Source of the DNA: Vicugna vicugna
Taxonomy: Eukaryota
Direction: 5' to 3'
NCBI GenBank assembly: GCA_013265495.1
Contig: MU058844.1
Location: 9,444,184-9,508,183 of the forward strand
Length of the DNA stretch: 64,000 bases
Made by a program: the position numbers and the translations under genes. Every line of letters starts with the position of its first letter. The first letter of the stretch is position 1. A model generated the notes under the pieces. The model did not search any database. It saw only the letters and a list, made by a program, of their open reading frames with translations, and was not told the DNA's origin. This document shows positions 49,000-62,817 of this stretch, in pieces.

Positions 49000-50520
49000 A
49001 ACTAACAAACAAAAAAACACCCATTCTTTGAGAACAACTATTTTTATGAAGGCACCTATCTCAAAAAAGTACCTCAGAAAAAAGTAGAATTACTAGAATA
49101 AATAGAATACATGCTTTAACAAGTATCAGAGAAAATCAAGAAAATAATAATTGATAAGAAAAAGAGACAATCACAAAGAGAAAGTTTGGAAATAAAGAGA
49201 TGGAAGGTGTAATACCTGGGAAAAGTCAGAACAAAAATATAGCAGAATAATATTAAAATATCAGTTCAAATAGAATTCAAGCCAAAATTAAGTGTGACAG
49301 AGGGTGATAGTTAGTAGAGAAACATTACTAAGAAACTGTTAGGATCCTAAACCTTTCTGTACCTACCATCAGATTAGAAATTATGTATGTGAGGCAAAAA
49401 CTGTTAGTGGAAAAAATCAGCAATTCACACAACTTTCTCAGAGATTGACAGTTAATAGACAGTAAAAAGGAAAACTACTTGAAATTTCAATAAATCACTT
49501 AAGCTTGAGCACACATTTTATTTATGTTTGTATCTATAGTATCCATTGTTTTCAACCATCTGTGGATTATTTATCATGTATGATTCCAAAAATATTGTTA
49601 AAATCCAAAATGAAAACTCACACAAGCAATTTTCTCTGATCAATATATGACAACATCAAAAGTAAAGAATACAGGTATAATCCTCTTAAAAACATGCCCC
49701 TAGAAAAAGTTGTTTTGCTCTAAACAACATTTACCTTAACAAATTTAAGTTAAATGGTGGCCTACCAAGAAATGATCCATCAAAAGAAGCAAGATACAGC
49801 TACAGTGGGATTCTGAGAAAAAAATAGGGTCATTAAAACACACACACACATCTAAGCAAATGATAAAGAAGGAAGCAATATGAATAAAAGCAGGTTACTA
49901 AATAAGTGGCAATAAAACAAAATATATTTTATAAAATCAAATGCTAGATCTTTGAAAAGACGTAAAATGAATATATTTTCATGTTTGATCAAGGAAAAGA
50001 ATAGTGATAGAAATAAATAACTTTGAAATGAGAACTAGAACATAACTATAGATATTGAAGAGATTTTTTAAAGTATCAAGTAATATATACAACTTTAGAG
50101 CAAAAAAAAAGAAAATTAGGTGAAATGTACATTGTAAAACCATAGAAATTTTCTAAATTGACCACAAAGTGCTAGAAAATCATAATAGCCCCAACACAGA
50201 GAAAATTAAAATGAAAAAAAAAAAGCTAAAATTTATCTTTAATGAAGGCCTCATGTCCACATGAAGGTACAAAGATCTGTTCTTCAAATAACAGGCACTT
50301 CTAAAATATTTTAACTATTCCAGAGCTTATGTTAAAAATAATGGGAACATATTTGGTAACTCAGTAAGTAAAATACTAAATAGAATTCTGTTAATTGTAA
50401 TATAAAGAATGATCTGATGACAAAGAAAGTAGTCATCAGAAAACTAAATTGTAAAGAAATGAAATCAACTAATACCTATGATTAAAATTCTTAGTAAAAT
50501 AATGAACTTGAGGATTTAGA
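49000..50520 (+). mobile_element. Highly decayed L1-like A-rich segment
   Basis: Strong A-skew and L1 ORF2-like remnants (AAAATCAAATGCTAGATCTTTGAAAAGA). Confidence 0.5.
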
Positions 50521-53500
50521 GAAAATTAAATAAAATAGTTACTTCAGTCTTAAGCTATTCATTTAGCTACATTATTTTGAATCATTATTTTTAGAAAGAA
50601 TGTATGAAAATAGTCGATAATATAAATAAAAGTTTTACATATTTTTTTAAACTAAAAAAAAGTTAAGTAAAGGACTGGAATTCACATTTACCTTATAAAC
50701 CTCCCCAAGATATGAACTTATTTTATAATTAGGGAAAAAAAAGTATTCAAGTTTGTTTTTTATAATCTTAAATTTTATTTAATACATCATATAACTGTAC
50801 AACCAAATAACTTTTCATTAGTCACTGTTAGTTTGCTTTGCAAATGCAGTAAGTTACTAAACAATTATTTTTCCTTCTTCTTTATTCCCAAGATTTGGTT
50901 TATAAAAGAAACATCAATAGAAAGTCTGACAAAGCAGCCCCAGGGAGTCTAACATAATGAGGAGAAACTCATTATTTTATAATTTTTGCTTGGAATTTTA
51001 AATCATCTTTTATACAGCTTGATAATAATAATCATGTTCTCAACAAAATACATAAACTATTCACCACAGCAATTTCTGCCAACACCAAGCTTCACTTTGT
51101 CTTCTAATCAACTTTTAAAGACAGATAGCACCGCACTAACCTCAGCATACAATTCTCAAAGTGTCTAAGAGACTGATGACAGTATGATATAGTAGTGATA
51201 AGGTAACACAGGAAACATATTATTAAGTAGCTTGATAGCAGAATAATATATCAAAGTGTCAGTTTAGATAAAAAACATTCATCTATTCTCTAGTACAGGA
51301 GATATGCGAGGACATGAAAAGTTAAATTTACAAGATTTCTTTATAAGGAGCTCTTTGAAACACTCAACTTGATTGGGAGACCCTCCAGCAACTTCCTGAT
51401 AAAATCTTTCCCTTCTAATTTCCTGAGCACTATGAGAAAGGAAATTGGGATGTACCCATAATAATCAGGAAAACAATCCCAATTTTACAATATACACAGG
51501 TGGAATTACTGCCATTATAAAAGCTTGCTTGTTTTTTGGGTACTAATCTGGGGAAATGCTAAAACGCATGGAGCCCAAGAATCTTTATCTTTTTGTGACT
51601 AGTATTATAAGATGCCAGGCAATAATTATTTAACTTTTATTGAGAAAACATTAGACAGGTAAGAAGTTTATGAAAGGGAAGATAAATGCATAGACTTCAA
51701 TTTAAAGTTAAATTTAAAGCTCTATGAAAGGTGTTTTTTCACCCAACTGCATCTAAAATCAGTTGAGGTCATAAGTGAAGTGTAAATAAGGAGGAATGTG
51801 GATGGAGAAGCTGCATAGCTGCTGATGCACTGTTGAAGTGTCATGCTGCTCATCTGTGCGTGATGGCTGTGTACCTACAGCTGTACACTCGGTACTTCAT
51901 TGGCTAATGAAGAAGTGCTCATTATATTCATTTTCTGAGAAATTTCACACTTTGCCTACAAAATGTAGTTTGGACTATGTACTTCAAAATACCTCCCTAG
52001 AAAGTTTAAAATAAGCCTTCCCTAAACATTTTCACAAGTGCTAAAATAAACTCTGATCCACTTTCCAAGTCATACCCGTGGTTCTTCACCCACTTGTAGA
52101 AGATTAAATGTGATCATTATAAAAAGATGGAGTCCAGCCCCTTAAATCTTCATTTCTCAGAATTCACATTTTGTCAGAAATCTTAATCTTGTCAAATAGG
52201 GCTTGACGTAGTACCATTGTTAACTAGTGAATACAAATACTTATATAAATATAACAATAACATTTAATTCCATACAGTCATTTCTATTCAACAAACAATT
52301 TTTAAGTGCTCCCAATTGTCATGATTCTGTGTTGCATACAATGGAGTATACAAAAACTGACAGGACACAAGTGTTTTAGTATTTAGCATTAAAAAGGGCA
52401 GTAGGTTGTTCAACTTGTTCCAGACGTGCAAAAACAGATTTTGGCCGTGTCTAATTCCTCATAGATTCCCCAAACTCAGTCAAGTCAGGTGTTCATTTGC
52501 ATGGATGCCAAGAATGTTGAAAACAAGAAATTTCACTGTTCTTAGGGATAAAATTGTAATTGGCTGTCATTATGGAGAGACATAAATGCAAGATTAAAAA
52601 GAAAAGTGAGGTGAAAATACAGAAGAAAGGGAAAGGCATCAAATGTAATAGAGTTAAAAGCTCAAACAAAAAAGGTGAAACGTTTGATTTCCTGAGATCT
52701 CAGGTAATGGTGGGCAAATCAAGCTTTAATTTTAGCTGCTGGGGAAAATTAGATGAAATTTTTTTAAGGAAAGAAGAAAAGAGAAAGAAGAAAATACTGA
52801 ATATAGTTCCTAGAAAAACTGGGAACACATTACTCATTCCAACCACGGAACAGGTATTGTTTAACAAAGAAAGCCATCTTAAGCTTTGTATACCTAAAGA
52901 TTTGTTTATTGGGTACCTAATCACTTTCAAATGAAACAGGTACCTACCACTTCAGAGACTCTTAGCAACTACAGCTTTTCACTTTATAGCATAAAGTGTT
53001 GCTCTGGTTGCAGTAGCTTTGGCAAACACTTTTTGAGCAGAGTCTGGGCTGGCGTTTTTCATTCTATAAATTCATGATTTAAAAATTCTAGTATTGTCAA
53101 ACTTTTTGTGATACACTGCAGTGTCATCCCAAATCCCAGGAAGAAAAGTCATTCAGCATTTGATAATACACATGAAGTGGGATTGTTTTTAACAGCAAAG
53201 TAGATGAAGTTTTAAATTTGAGCACATTTAAATTGACCTCGTTCTTCAGTTGGTCTGCATTTAAGGAACGTGGCAAGTTGTGGCTGGAACAAAACGGAGA
53301 TGACTGTTGAATAAGAAGGACACACTGGTTGTCATGTCTCAGTAACTTGTAAATTGACAGTTTCCTTTCCTATCACAGCAATAGAAGTGCAAAAAATAAT
53401 CAGCTATTTTAATTTATTGGTATACATGTTCTGTTGTGCAGCATTAGATTTTTAAACTGAGCATTCTTTGGTCCAATTTTTAGATACATCATAAAGCTAG

Positions 53501-54620
53501 CAATAAGTCAATATTTCATGTACACTATTTAAAATGTAGTCTTAATAATGACTTGTACAGTACTGTACATAAAATACTGACCTATGGCTAGATTTTGTTG
53601 TTCATAGCCATTCTACTTAAACTTAGTTATTCAAGTACGAGAGTATGTCTTTAAAAAGAGGACCACCTAGTCACCTTATCAAAGGAAATTTGAGTAGCAT
53701 AATTCCATTCCTGTAATTTTAATTTCCTTTTCAAACATTGCCACTAGTAGAACAGGAAGTGAGGACTCACAGAAAGAAGGGTTATAAGAAAAGATGGTAG
53801 GTATTGATCTCACCTACAACTCATGTGCCAGGCACTCTATATGCAAATCTCATTATGATTATATTCTCATTCATACCTCAAGATAACTGTATAAAATCAC
53901 TATTACCAAATTTTATAGTTCCCAGGTCTCTGACTTTTAGCTTATATCCATATTTTCCAACTGCTTGGTACAATGGTAAATCACTTTATATAATCCCTAA
54001 TTAATCCTGCATGGAGGGATCTTATTTAGACAGGAAAAGAATAAACAGGAAAAAGTGTCACCCTCTTATTATTTTCTTTTAAAATAATTTTATCTTTGAG
54101 GTGGTGATACTTTTCTTCCACATGGTTATTCTTGTTACTTACTAAATTTGTTGACACCATTTGCTTAAATAAGTAAAACAGCAGCCACAGATATTGATGA
54201 AACAGCCTAAGGTGTGTGGCTGTATTCACTAGTCAGTCCTTTTCTGCTGGAGAGACATCTGTTGAGACCTCATCATACAGCTGTGCACCCCCTTGGGGTC
54301 CTAATTCTTCTCCCCACCTGTGCTGTCCATATCTTGCTGTCCCCACTGCCCCCATTGAGTCTAAGCTTCCGCCATGTCTTACCCAGGCCACTATAATAGC
54401 CTTCCTCCTAACTGGCTTCCTGCACATACCTTTGATCCACAGTATCTAGTATTTCAAACAATAGTTAGTGATACTTATAAAATGTGAATCAAATCATATC
54501 ATTCTTCTTCCAAAAACTCTCCAGTGGCTTTCTTTAGTAATTACACTAAAATACAGTCTTCTTACAAAATCTTTGCACCCAATCTAGCCCCTGTTTATGT
54601 CTCAGACTTTGTTTCCTGTA

Positions 54621-54830
54621 CAGTGGTGTGCTCGGAATGGTACTTTCCGCCTTGGGATTGCTGATAGTTGAGAATTTTGCAAGCCAGTAATACCATGTTG
54701 ATGGCTTGAAACTGGCCATGGTAGGAATATTTACACTACAGAATCGGCAAATGCTACAAATCAGGGCCTTTTCTGTTTTGTCCCTGTGTTTTGAAGAGCT
54801 AGTTGTTAATCATTTACTGGCACACCGTGG
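54621..54830 (+). mobile_element. MER63-like hAT relic inserted in an L2 fragment (about 54250-55050)
   Basis: Imperfect terminal inverted repeats CAGTGGTGTGCT ... GGCACACCGTG; TGGCCATGGTAGGAATATTTACAC core. Confidence 0.7.
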
Positions 54831-56154
54831 TTGCTGTTGCTAATCTGCCCTCCTCACTATGTTTCACTGACACTGGTTTTCTCTCTTCTAATCTGTAGGC
54901 TCGGTCCGCTCAGTTTAGGCCCTTGTTGTTCTCTTTGTCTGGATGCCCCTTCTTTGGGTTTTCATCTGTCTGGCTCCTTCTCAACATTCAAGTCTCAGTC
55001 CTAAAGTCACCTTGTCAGAGAGGCTTTCCATGGCTATCTTAACAAGGACTACCATATGTGACTCCAGTTCCTCAAGAATATCAGCCTTGTCCCTGCAACC
55101 TCAGAATAGTGCCTTTAAAGTCATGTCCTCTTGTATCAGTTATTTTGTATTTGGTTGCCAGTCACAGAAAACCAAATAGTAAAGGATATATTTGTCTCAC
55201 AGACAAGGATCATGGGGTTGCTGAGTTCAAGGCTAGGACACAGGGCAGTGTTGCCCTCAAGGGCTACGCCCCTTCCTTCTTCCTACTCCACCTTTGTTAG
55301 CATATGACAGTCATCTTCATGATCACACAATGGCCAATTCATCTCTAGGCACATTAAAGCATTATAGCTGGCAAGAGACTGGGGAAAGAGGAAGGATGCA
55401 AAGACCAAAACACTGAAGCATATGCCAGCAGTTTGTCCATCATAGAGCCTTCCTGAAAGCCATAGTCAGAGATTTAACACAGCAACTTAGCCAAATGACA
55501 AGAGTCTGGAAAGAGGAAGCATGTTTGCTTCCCAGCTTCTGTGGTAGAAGGTAAGGAATATGAGGGTTTTAGATGGCCAGGGGGTAGGTAATTCACATTG
55601 TTTTCCATAGCACTCAATAGATTTTTATGGAAATAGGGTGCAGTATGCTTTAAATGACCCAGTGCCATCTTCATCCAAGTTCCAGATGCAAATGAATCAT
55701 GGTCAAACTTGGCAGTCTAAATACCAGCTCAGGTAATAAAACTTCATCATTAAGGATAGAATATATGAAAATTGAACTATTCCTGATCACTGGAGGCTCA
55801 TTTCACTTAAATTCCAATATTTTATTGTTGTTTTTGGTTATTACTGTTCAATGTATTTTAAAGGAAGTCTATTATAATATCTATATATTATAGATTATAT
55901 ATCTATATATTATAAATATATAATAATATCTATATATTATCTTACTGTCAGGCAATTGATGATTTGATCATTTTGATGATTAAGATACGTTATCAATATG
56001 AACACACTGATTATACTATAATCAAAGAGTTACCATCTACAGCTTTGGGCAGTATTGTATCTGTTTGGTCCATGATGCTATATTTAAAAAATAAGTTTCC
56101 TATACCTTTATTGTTTTATTTCTAATCCCTGTTCCATAGCAGGATAGAGAAATA

Positions 56155-57610
56155 AATAAGAGCATGGGCCCTGGAGTCAAACACATCTGGTTTTGAATCC
56201 TGGCCCTACCATTTGCTAGTTGTATACCCTTGAGCCATAAAATTCATTTTTCTGAGCTTTAGTTGTTTTTTGTTTTTCTCTAACTGAACAATGGAAACAA
56301 TAGTAATCCTTATATATTTGTGAGAATTTTATAAGATGACTTAAGTAAGACAAGTAAACACTGAATAAATGATGGCCATTAACTCATTTTGTTTTGGATC
56401 ACAAATTAAACTATTGGTAATCTGTGAAGTGCATTTGTGAACCACTTTCTACATCAGCACCATCTGTGATGACTAATGAAAGAGCAGATTTCAAGGCTTC
56501 ACCCTCAGCCTCCTTATTTTAATCTCAATTTTTAATTAATGGTCCAGGGTTAAATTTTTAGCTGACTAATATTTGAGAACCACTGCTTTCAGCCCTCAGA
56601 CAAGGATTTGTTGATCAGATTAGCTTAATCTCTGTTCACAACCTTGGAGAAGAAATGCTGGGAATGATTTTAAGAATGTGGATTCCTGAGTCATATCTCA
56701 AATGTAGTTCAGATTCTAGAGCCATATTGCCAGGAGTCAGATCCTAACTCTACAACTGACTATCTCTTTCCCTGGAGAAATACTTTTAACTCTGTGGGTG
56801 TCAGTTTCCTTTTCTATAAAATAGAGATGATAGTACCTACCTCATAGTGCTAAGAGAAGTAAAATGTTGAAAATCCGTGCCATACTAAACACTATATGTG
56901 ACAGCAATTAGTATTATAAGTAACAGTGTTATTAGAATCCCCAAGGTGTACTTTGACAAGCCATATCACTGATTCTCAGCATGGTTTCACATTATATCAC
57001 TGGGGAGCTCTGAAGGTCCTGATGCCCAGGCCATATCCCAGAACAGTAAAATCAGAAATATATGTAGATAGGATCTAGGTATCTTGTGTTTTGTTTTGTT
57101 TTGTTTTGTTTTGTTTTGAGTTCACCCAGGTGATTCCAGTGGATAGCCAAGGCTGTAAAACACTCTTCCCTATCATTTAAAAGCTCTCCAGATAATTCTG
57201 ATGGTCATTGAGAATTACTGAGAGAGATATCCTGGTAAATGGAATAGAGGTTAATCTTTATTGAGAGACATATGATTAAGATCTCAGCCTCTGACCAAGA
57301 AATCCTGCAGAGCACAGGGCTTTTATACAAGTACTGAATGTTGAAGGGAAAAGCTGCTAAAAGAAAAGCTATTATTGGAATAAAAATAAAAGGTACAGGG
57401 TTACAATCACTTAGATCCAGACTCCAAACCCAGATCCCCTATTTGTTAATGAGATCCTTAAACTCTCTATAAGCCTCAATTTTCTCATTGGAAAATGTGG
57501 ATATTTACTACCACATAAAGTTGTTATAAGGATAAAAGGGGCTAAAATATGTAAAGCTCTCAGCATACAATGACTCCTGCGTCATAAACCTTAAATAAAA
57601 GTTTATTGTT
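56155..57610. mobile_element. Mosaic of MIR and MER5-like fragments with (GTTTT)n at about 57088-57117
   Basis: MIR motifs (GGAGTCAAAC, TAGTACCTACCTCATAG) and MER5 motifs (TTTGAGAACCACTG, CCCAGGTGATTCC). Confidence 0.6.
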
Positions 57611-59268
57611 ATGGTCGCTTTTAGAGGTGAGGGTTAATGGAAAGCAGGGTGTGAGGGAGAGTGAGGGGGCAAAGGTAATACCAAAGTATTTTGTTTAGAT
57701 AATGGGATAGATGGTAGAGGTATGAACTTGAGAGTTGGCAGACAAGAGGAGTCTGTCTCAGGAAAAAGTTCTGACGTCTTCTTGTTTTCATCATGTTTGT
57801 CAAGCAGCCTCCACAGTCCTTATCTAATATTCCTTCTAATCTTAGCTATCCTAGTAAACCCAGACTTCTGTGCTAGTAACCAACTTTTGTAGAATATTTC
57901 CATAAAATAAGTGTATGGAGATTCTCAATAAAAACCTTAAGGGGACTCATAAATAAACTACACACATTTAACTGCAGTCATTTTAAGAACAAGTATTTTA
58001 CTTACAGGCTTCTTTTGCTTCTTTCTAGATCTTGGCCTTGCAGATTTCTGGTATTTTTGTAGAGCTAAGGGGAATCAGAATTTCATTTTAAACTCGAGTC
58101 TAACATCCAGTTTATCACTCAACACATCTTTGTTTGCAGCACCAGCTAGGCCTGGGTTGAAGGGATCTGATCTCTCCCACCTTTGGTTTTTAGACTTCTT
58201 TTGGCTTTTACTAACTGCTGTATCCCCTGTGACCTCACACAGCTGGATTCCTGTGGGTGGGTGCCAGCAAAATGGTTCAAGCTCCAGTGGCACTGCTCTC
58301 TAGTTCTCTCCCTCTGAACAGACAGGCACAGAGGACAGGCTGATCACCAAATCCACTGCCTGTGCACCCAGGAAAGGGAGTCTGGTCTCCCTGTGCAGGC
58401 ACCTCCAACAGCTCCAGTCGGTTCTGTTTGGAACACTCCTTGCTTAGTTAATGGAAGAGAAGCCAAAGACTTAGTATGCTGTCCAAAGTTAGTGACTTAA
58501 CAATTCTTCACGAATTTTCTTTCATCTCACAATTACCTCTTAATAAGGACTGGGAAAAGTAGTATAATATAATAGGGCTAGTTCAGCTTAATAAGTCTTA
58601 ATGGGGTGGGGGCCTAGTTTCCTTGATAGATCTTTTTTGAACACTATTTCTCAACTTTGGATGGTCATAGGAATCAGCTAGAAGCTTAAAAACAAAAACA
58701 AAAATGCTGATGACTGGATCTCTTAGAGAGTTTGATTTAATTGGTCAGGGGAAGCCGGCTGGTTTTAAAACTTCCACAGGTGTTTCTAGTAAGCAGCCTT
58801 TGCTAGAAGCACTGTTTCGGAATGGGGCTGGTACTTAACACTAATTACTTTCGTTCATGGGCTTTTATCAATAATTCTAAGACTCCCAGAAGAATCCCAT
58901 TCAGTATCCTGTTACACAGGGTATCAAAGGATCATAGAAAATGCAAGAGTTTCTGGAACACTGGGGCTGAAAAAAAAAACGTGAACTATCACTTTGTTCA
59001 CTATCTCTTGAAATGGGGTCTGTGAAACAACAACTTTAGAATCGCTTGAATCATTTGTTTAAAAGGCAAATTCCTGATCCTTTTTCTCTTCTTTCCTGAA
59101 TCCACATCCCTCAAGTGCGGGTAGGGGGTCAGGGACCTACATTTTAATACATCTCCCCAGGTTATTCTTAGGCCCACTCATGTTTTAAAACCATTAATTT
59201 CTAGCAGAGATTCTCAGTCCTACGTGCACATTTCACATAGGGCTATAAAAATACCTATGCCAACTAGA

Positions 59269-59445
59269 CCAGTGATTCTCAACCACGGCTATACTTCAGC
59301 ATCACCTGGAGGGCTTTCAAAAGCCCCAGACTCAGGCCCCACCCTCTGCCAATCACACTGGAATCTCTGGGGTGAGACCCAGGCATCCATGGTTTTAAAA
59401 ACTCCCCAGGTGATTCCAGTCTGCAGCCAAGGTTGAGAACCACTG
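59269..59445 (+). mobile_element. MER5A-like hAT-Charlie element; further MER5 fragments flank it at about 58640-59660
   Basis: Terminal inverted repeats CAGTGATTCTCAACC ... GGTTGAGAACCACTG. Confidence 0.85.
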
Positions 59446-59889
59446 TTTTATATATTCTGGTTTAGTTCATTTGGGGTGAGTCTCAGACATTAATAACTTG
59501 TTGTAGTAATCATTTTGCAATATATATATATGCTCAAATCATTATTTTATATAACTTAAACTAATACAGTGTTATATGTCAATTATATCTCAATAAAACA
59601 AGGAGGGGGAGGAATAAATAAATAATTTTTAAATGTACCCCAGATAATTTTAAAGTGCAGCCTAGGGTAAGAACTCCTGAATAGTCATTTTCAACTTTTC
59701 TGTACTTCTTCCAGTACAGTCAGTCACTCAACAGCCTTTAGCCTGTTGGTTCAGGCTTGTATCCTTCCCCAACACCAGACCCAAGCCAGTCTTGACCAGG
59801 GTTGGCAGTCATCTGGAGGTCTAGTCTCATGAGAAGTTGTATGTCCAACTAGACATAGACCTCTGAACCCTGCCTTTCTAGCCAGTCTC

Positions 59890-61175
59890 ATTAATTAATT
59901 CATTATTCACTCAATAAATATATATTTAAACACCTAATATTTGTCAAGTACTCTTCAATGAACTATGGATACAGTGACAAATAAGATACTGTTCCTGAAC
60001 TCTCAAGAAGCTTATAGATTTGCAAGGGTGAAGGAAGGAGACATATATGCAAAAAGAGGTATAGCAGAGAGTAGTAATTATTACCGTGGATGTGTGAACA
60101 AAGAACTGTGAAAACACAGATGTGATAACAACTACATCTGCCTTGGAGAGTCAAGGAAGGCATGTCTAAGGAGATGCTGTTTAAGCCAGGTCTTCCCTAC
60201 CTGGCCTAACGTGCCTTCCATGATGTGATTTCTCTCTTCTGCCTCTCTTGCTACTCTTGTCCTGGTTTCAGCTTCGGCCATATTGAACGTTCAGTTCTTT
60301 GAATTCCCCACAATACTTCAGTCTGCATTCATTTGCCTGGAACTTTTCCCCTCTTTTCCTCACCCTTACCTCCTACTTAGGGCTCTGCCTAGCTGTTATA
60401 CTCACAGAGTTCCTCCCTGACCTCCTGGATGATGACACGAGTCTTGGTTAGACATCTGTGTACTGGCCTGTAGTGCTTCTTTTGTAGCTCACACCCACTT
60501 AATGGGTATCTGTGACCCTTCAGGCCTGTAAGTATCATGAAAGCAAGAACAAGGCTGTCTCCATTACCACAGTGTCTCCCACGTGTAGCACTATGCCTGG
60601 CACTACTGGATGAATGAGTAAATTGCGTTCCAGGAACAGGGGATGATATGTACAAAGTCATAGGGACCTGTGGCATGTCCTAGAGTAGCAAAAAGTTTGG
60701 ATGGGTAGGAGAAGGTTTCTAGAGATGAGTCAGAAGAGGTCTGTTGTTAAGGGTCTTGTATGTACCCCTAAGTGGTCTGAACTTCACCCTGTAGGCAGGA
60801 GGAAGCCAGAGAGGGTTCTGTGCAGGGGAGTATAATAATGAGATCCATCACTCTGGGAGCAACGTGGAGGATGGACTTAAAAAGAAAAGCCATTTAAAGA
60901 ACAGTTAGGAGATGTTCCAGTAACCCAGGTGAGAAATAATAAAGGCTTCCCTGAAGTAACGAAGCAAAAGGGATTCCATTCAAAAGGCATTTTGAGATAG
61001 AATCAACAGCACTTGCTGACTAATTGCATGTGGAGGTGAATGTGAAAGAGGATGTTAGAGTCTAGCTTGAAAGACAGGATGGGTGGAGATGCTATTAATG
61101 GAAATAGGGAATATAGGAATAGACGAGATAGTTTCAGGAAAAAATATAATGTGCACAATTTTAAACATGTTGAGA
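59890..61175. mobile_element. Nested L2 fragments (reverse L2 interrupted by a forward L2 at about 60195-60620)
   Basis: Reverse tail TTCACTCAATAAATATATATT at about 59905 and forward tail TAGCACTATGCCTGGCAC...TGAATGAGT at about 60590-60620. Confidence 0.55.
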
Positions 61176-62698
61176 GTTCAACATGGCATCTAGCCCCATT
61201 GGCATCTAGATAGAGCCTTTTCTGCAGCTAGAAATCCATAAAATTATTAGCTCGGTATCTTACTGATTGTGACTGTGGCTGATATTGTCCAATTGGTTAT
61301 GTTGACTTCTAGTTTATATACAAAAAAGATAGACTTTTGAAATTGGCAGTGTCTTATTGATTTCATGATTTGTGCGTCTTTGGACCACAGTCAGCAATAA
61401 ATTGGCAATACTTCATGGAAGAGTCTCCATTAAAGTCACTTTTTGGTTATTTTCTTTAGCTAGATACTTACACCTCTGCCAACCCCACTCAGATTCTGAG
61501 GTGGTAACAATTTTATTATAGGTAGCTATGCTGTTGTATTTTTTTGCCATTTGATTGTGAGTTCAGAAAGGAAATGTGTTTTATTCTTTTTATTAAGCTT
61601 GATGCCAAATCTAACAGGAACAGAAGTTAGTGGATGAATAGATGAATGAATGAATTTATAATCTTGATAGCAGGGATATGGGATACTTTCTGGAACTAGT
61701 CAGTTAGGAATTGAAAATCTCTAGCCTATACATAAATGCCTAGGTGACTTTTCAGTGAATTATTGACTACAGTAACGGAGGTAGAAGAGATCACCATAAG
61801 TATTTTTTAAATGGCCTTCATTATATTTTTTCTTGGCAATACAAAACTACCCTGGGAATTTGAAAAGTATGACTATAAAAGGTTATGTTTTTTGATATAT
61901 TAACCTTTGATTCTGTCAAGTGAAAGGGAAGTGTTTCAGTTAGTTGTTATTGAAAACTCTTTTCTTTTTGGTACTGTCCTAGAAACTGGTAGGTGAGTAC
62001 ATGATCATATTTTTATTTTAAGAAGATAACTTTATGAACTGTATCAAGAGGCTGGAAGAGAAAAAGTGATTCCAGTTGGACAGAGGAGAGGTGGAGATTA
62101 GGGTCTAGAATAATACAATGAGAGTGAAATGGAGAGAACCAATTAATTAATTCACTCATTTATCAAATATTTATTCACTGTAGTACACCAGACTCTGAGG
62201 ATGCAGTGGTGAGTAAACCCAAGTAAGTTCCCACCCTCAAGGAGTTTACAGAAGGTAGAGGACATGTATGTTAATCAAATCATCGTACTAATAAGTGTAA
62301 AAATGCAGATGTAACAAATGTGGAATGAGAAAAGGCAAACTGAAAGAAAAAAAATCTCAGAGTAAAATTGACAGGACTCATTTAGTTACTGGGATTTCAG
62401 AATCTACCAAAGACATGTTTCCTGACCTACTTTCCTGAAAGAATATTCAAACTAATTTGTGTGACAGAAATAACATATGAGAAGTGCCATCCAAGAAGAT
62501 GTATTAAGTGACAAATTGTGCAGAACAGATTTAAATGACCTTTTACCAAAAGATGAGATCAATAAGCTATGAATTGTAAATTCTGATTTCTGCAATTACT
62601 ACCACTTATTTTTCATTGTCACCGTTCAGTTGAAATGATGGTACTTTGATGATGAAATACAGTTTACTCCATGTCTCTCCTTTTTTATTTTTATTCAG

Positions 62699-62817
62699 AT
62701 GTTGCCAGAGCAATTGAATTACTGGAAAAACTACAGGAATCTGGAGAAGTACCAGTGCACAAGCTACAATCTCTCAAAAAAGTCCTTCAGAGTGAGTTTT
62801 GTACTGCTATTCGAGAG
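62699..62817 (+). CDS. LIN7A: LIN7A coding exon 2 ((D)[40 protein letters not shown]27 domain)
   Basis: Polypyrimidine tract with TTCAG acceptor (AG 62697-62698) and GAG|GTATGA donor (GT 62818); 119 nt; with exon 1 gives 82+119=201 nt = 67 codons in frame, matching LIN7-family L27 sequence. Confidence 0.97.

Larger units (their letters stand above)
25684..62698 (+). other. LIN7A: LIN7A intron 1 (about 37 kb, GT-AG)
   Basis: Bounded by the canonical donor and acceptor of the two in-frame exons. Confidence 0.93.

Noticed and set aside
52560..52934. 124-aa Lys-rich ORF
   Set aside because: Non-ATG start, A-rich composition, no domain or splice support.
55869..55940. AT-only segment with three ATATCTATATATTAT copies
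   Set aside because: Low-complexity (TA)-derived repeat without further structure.
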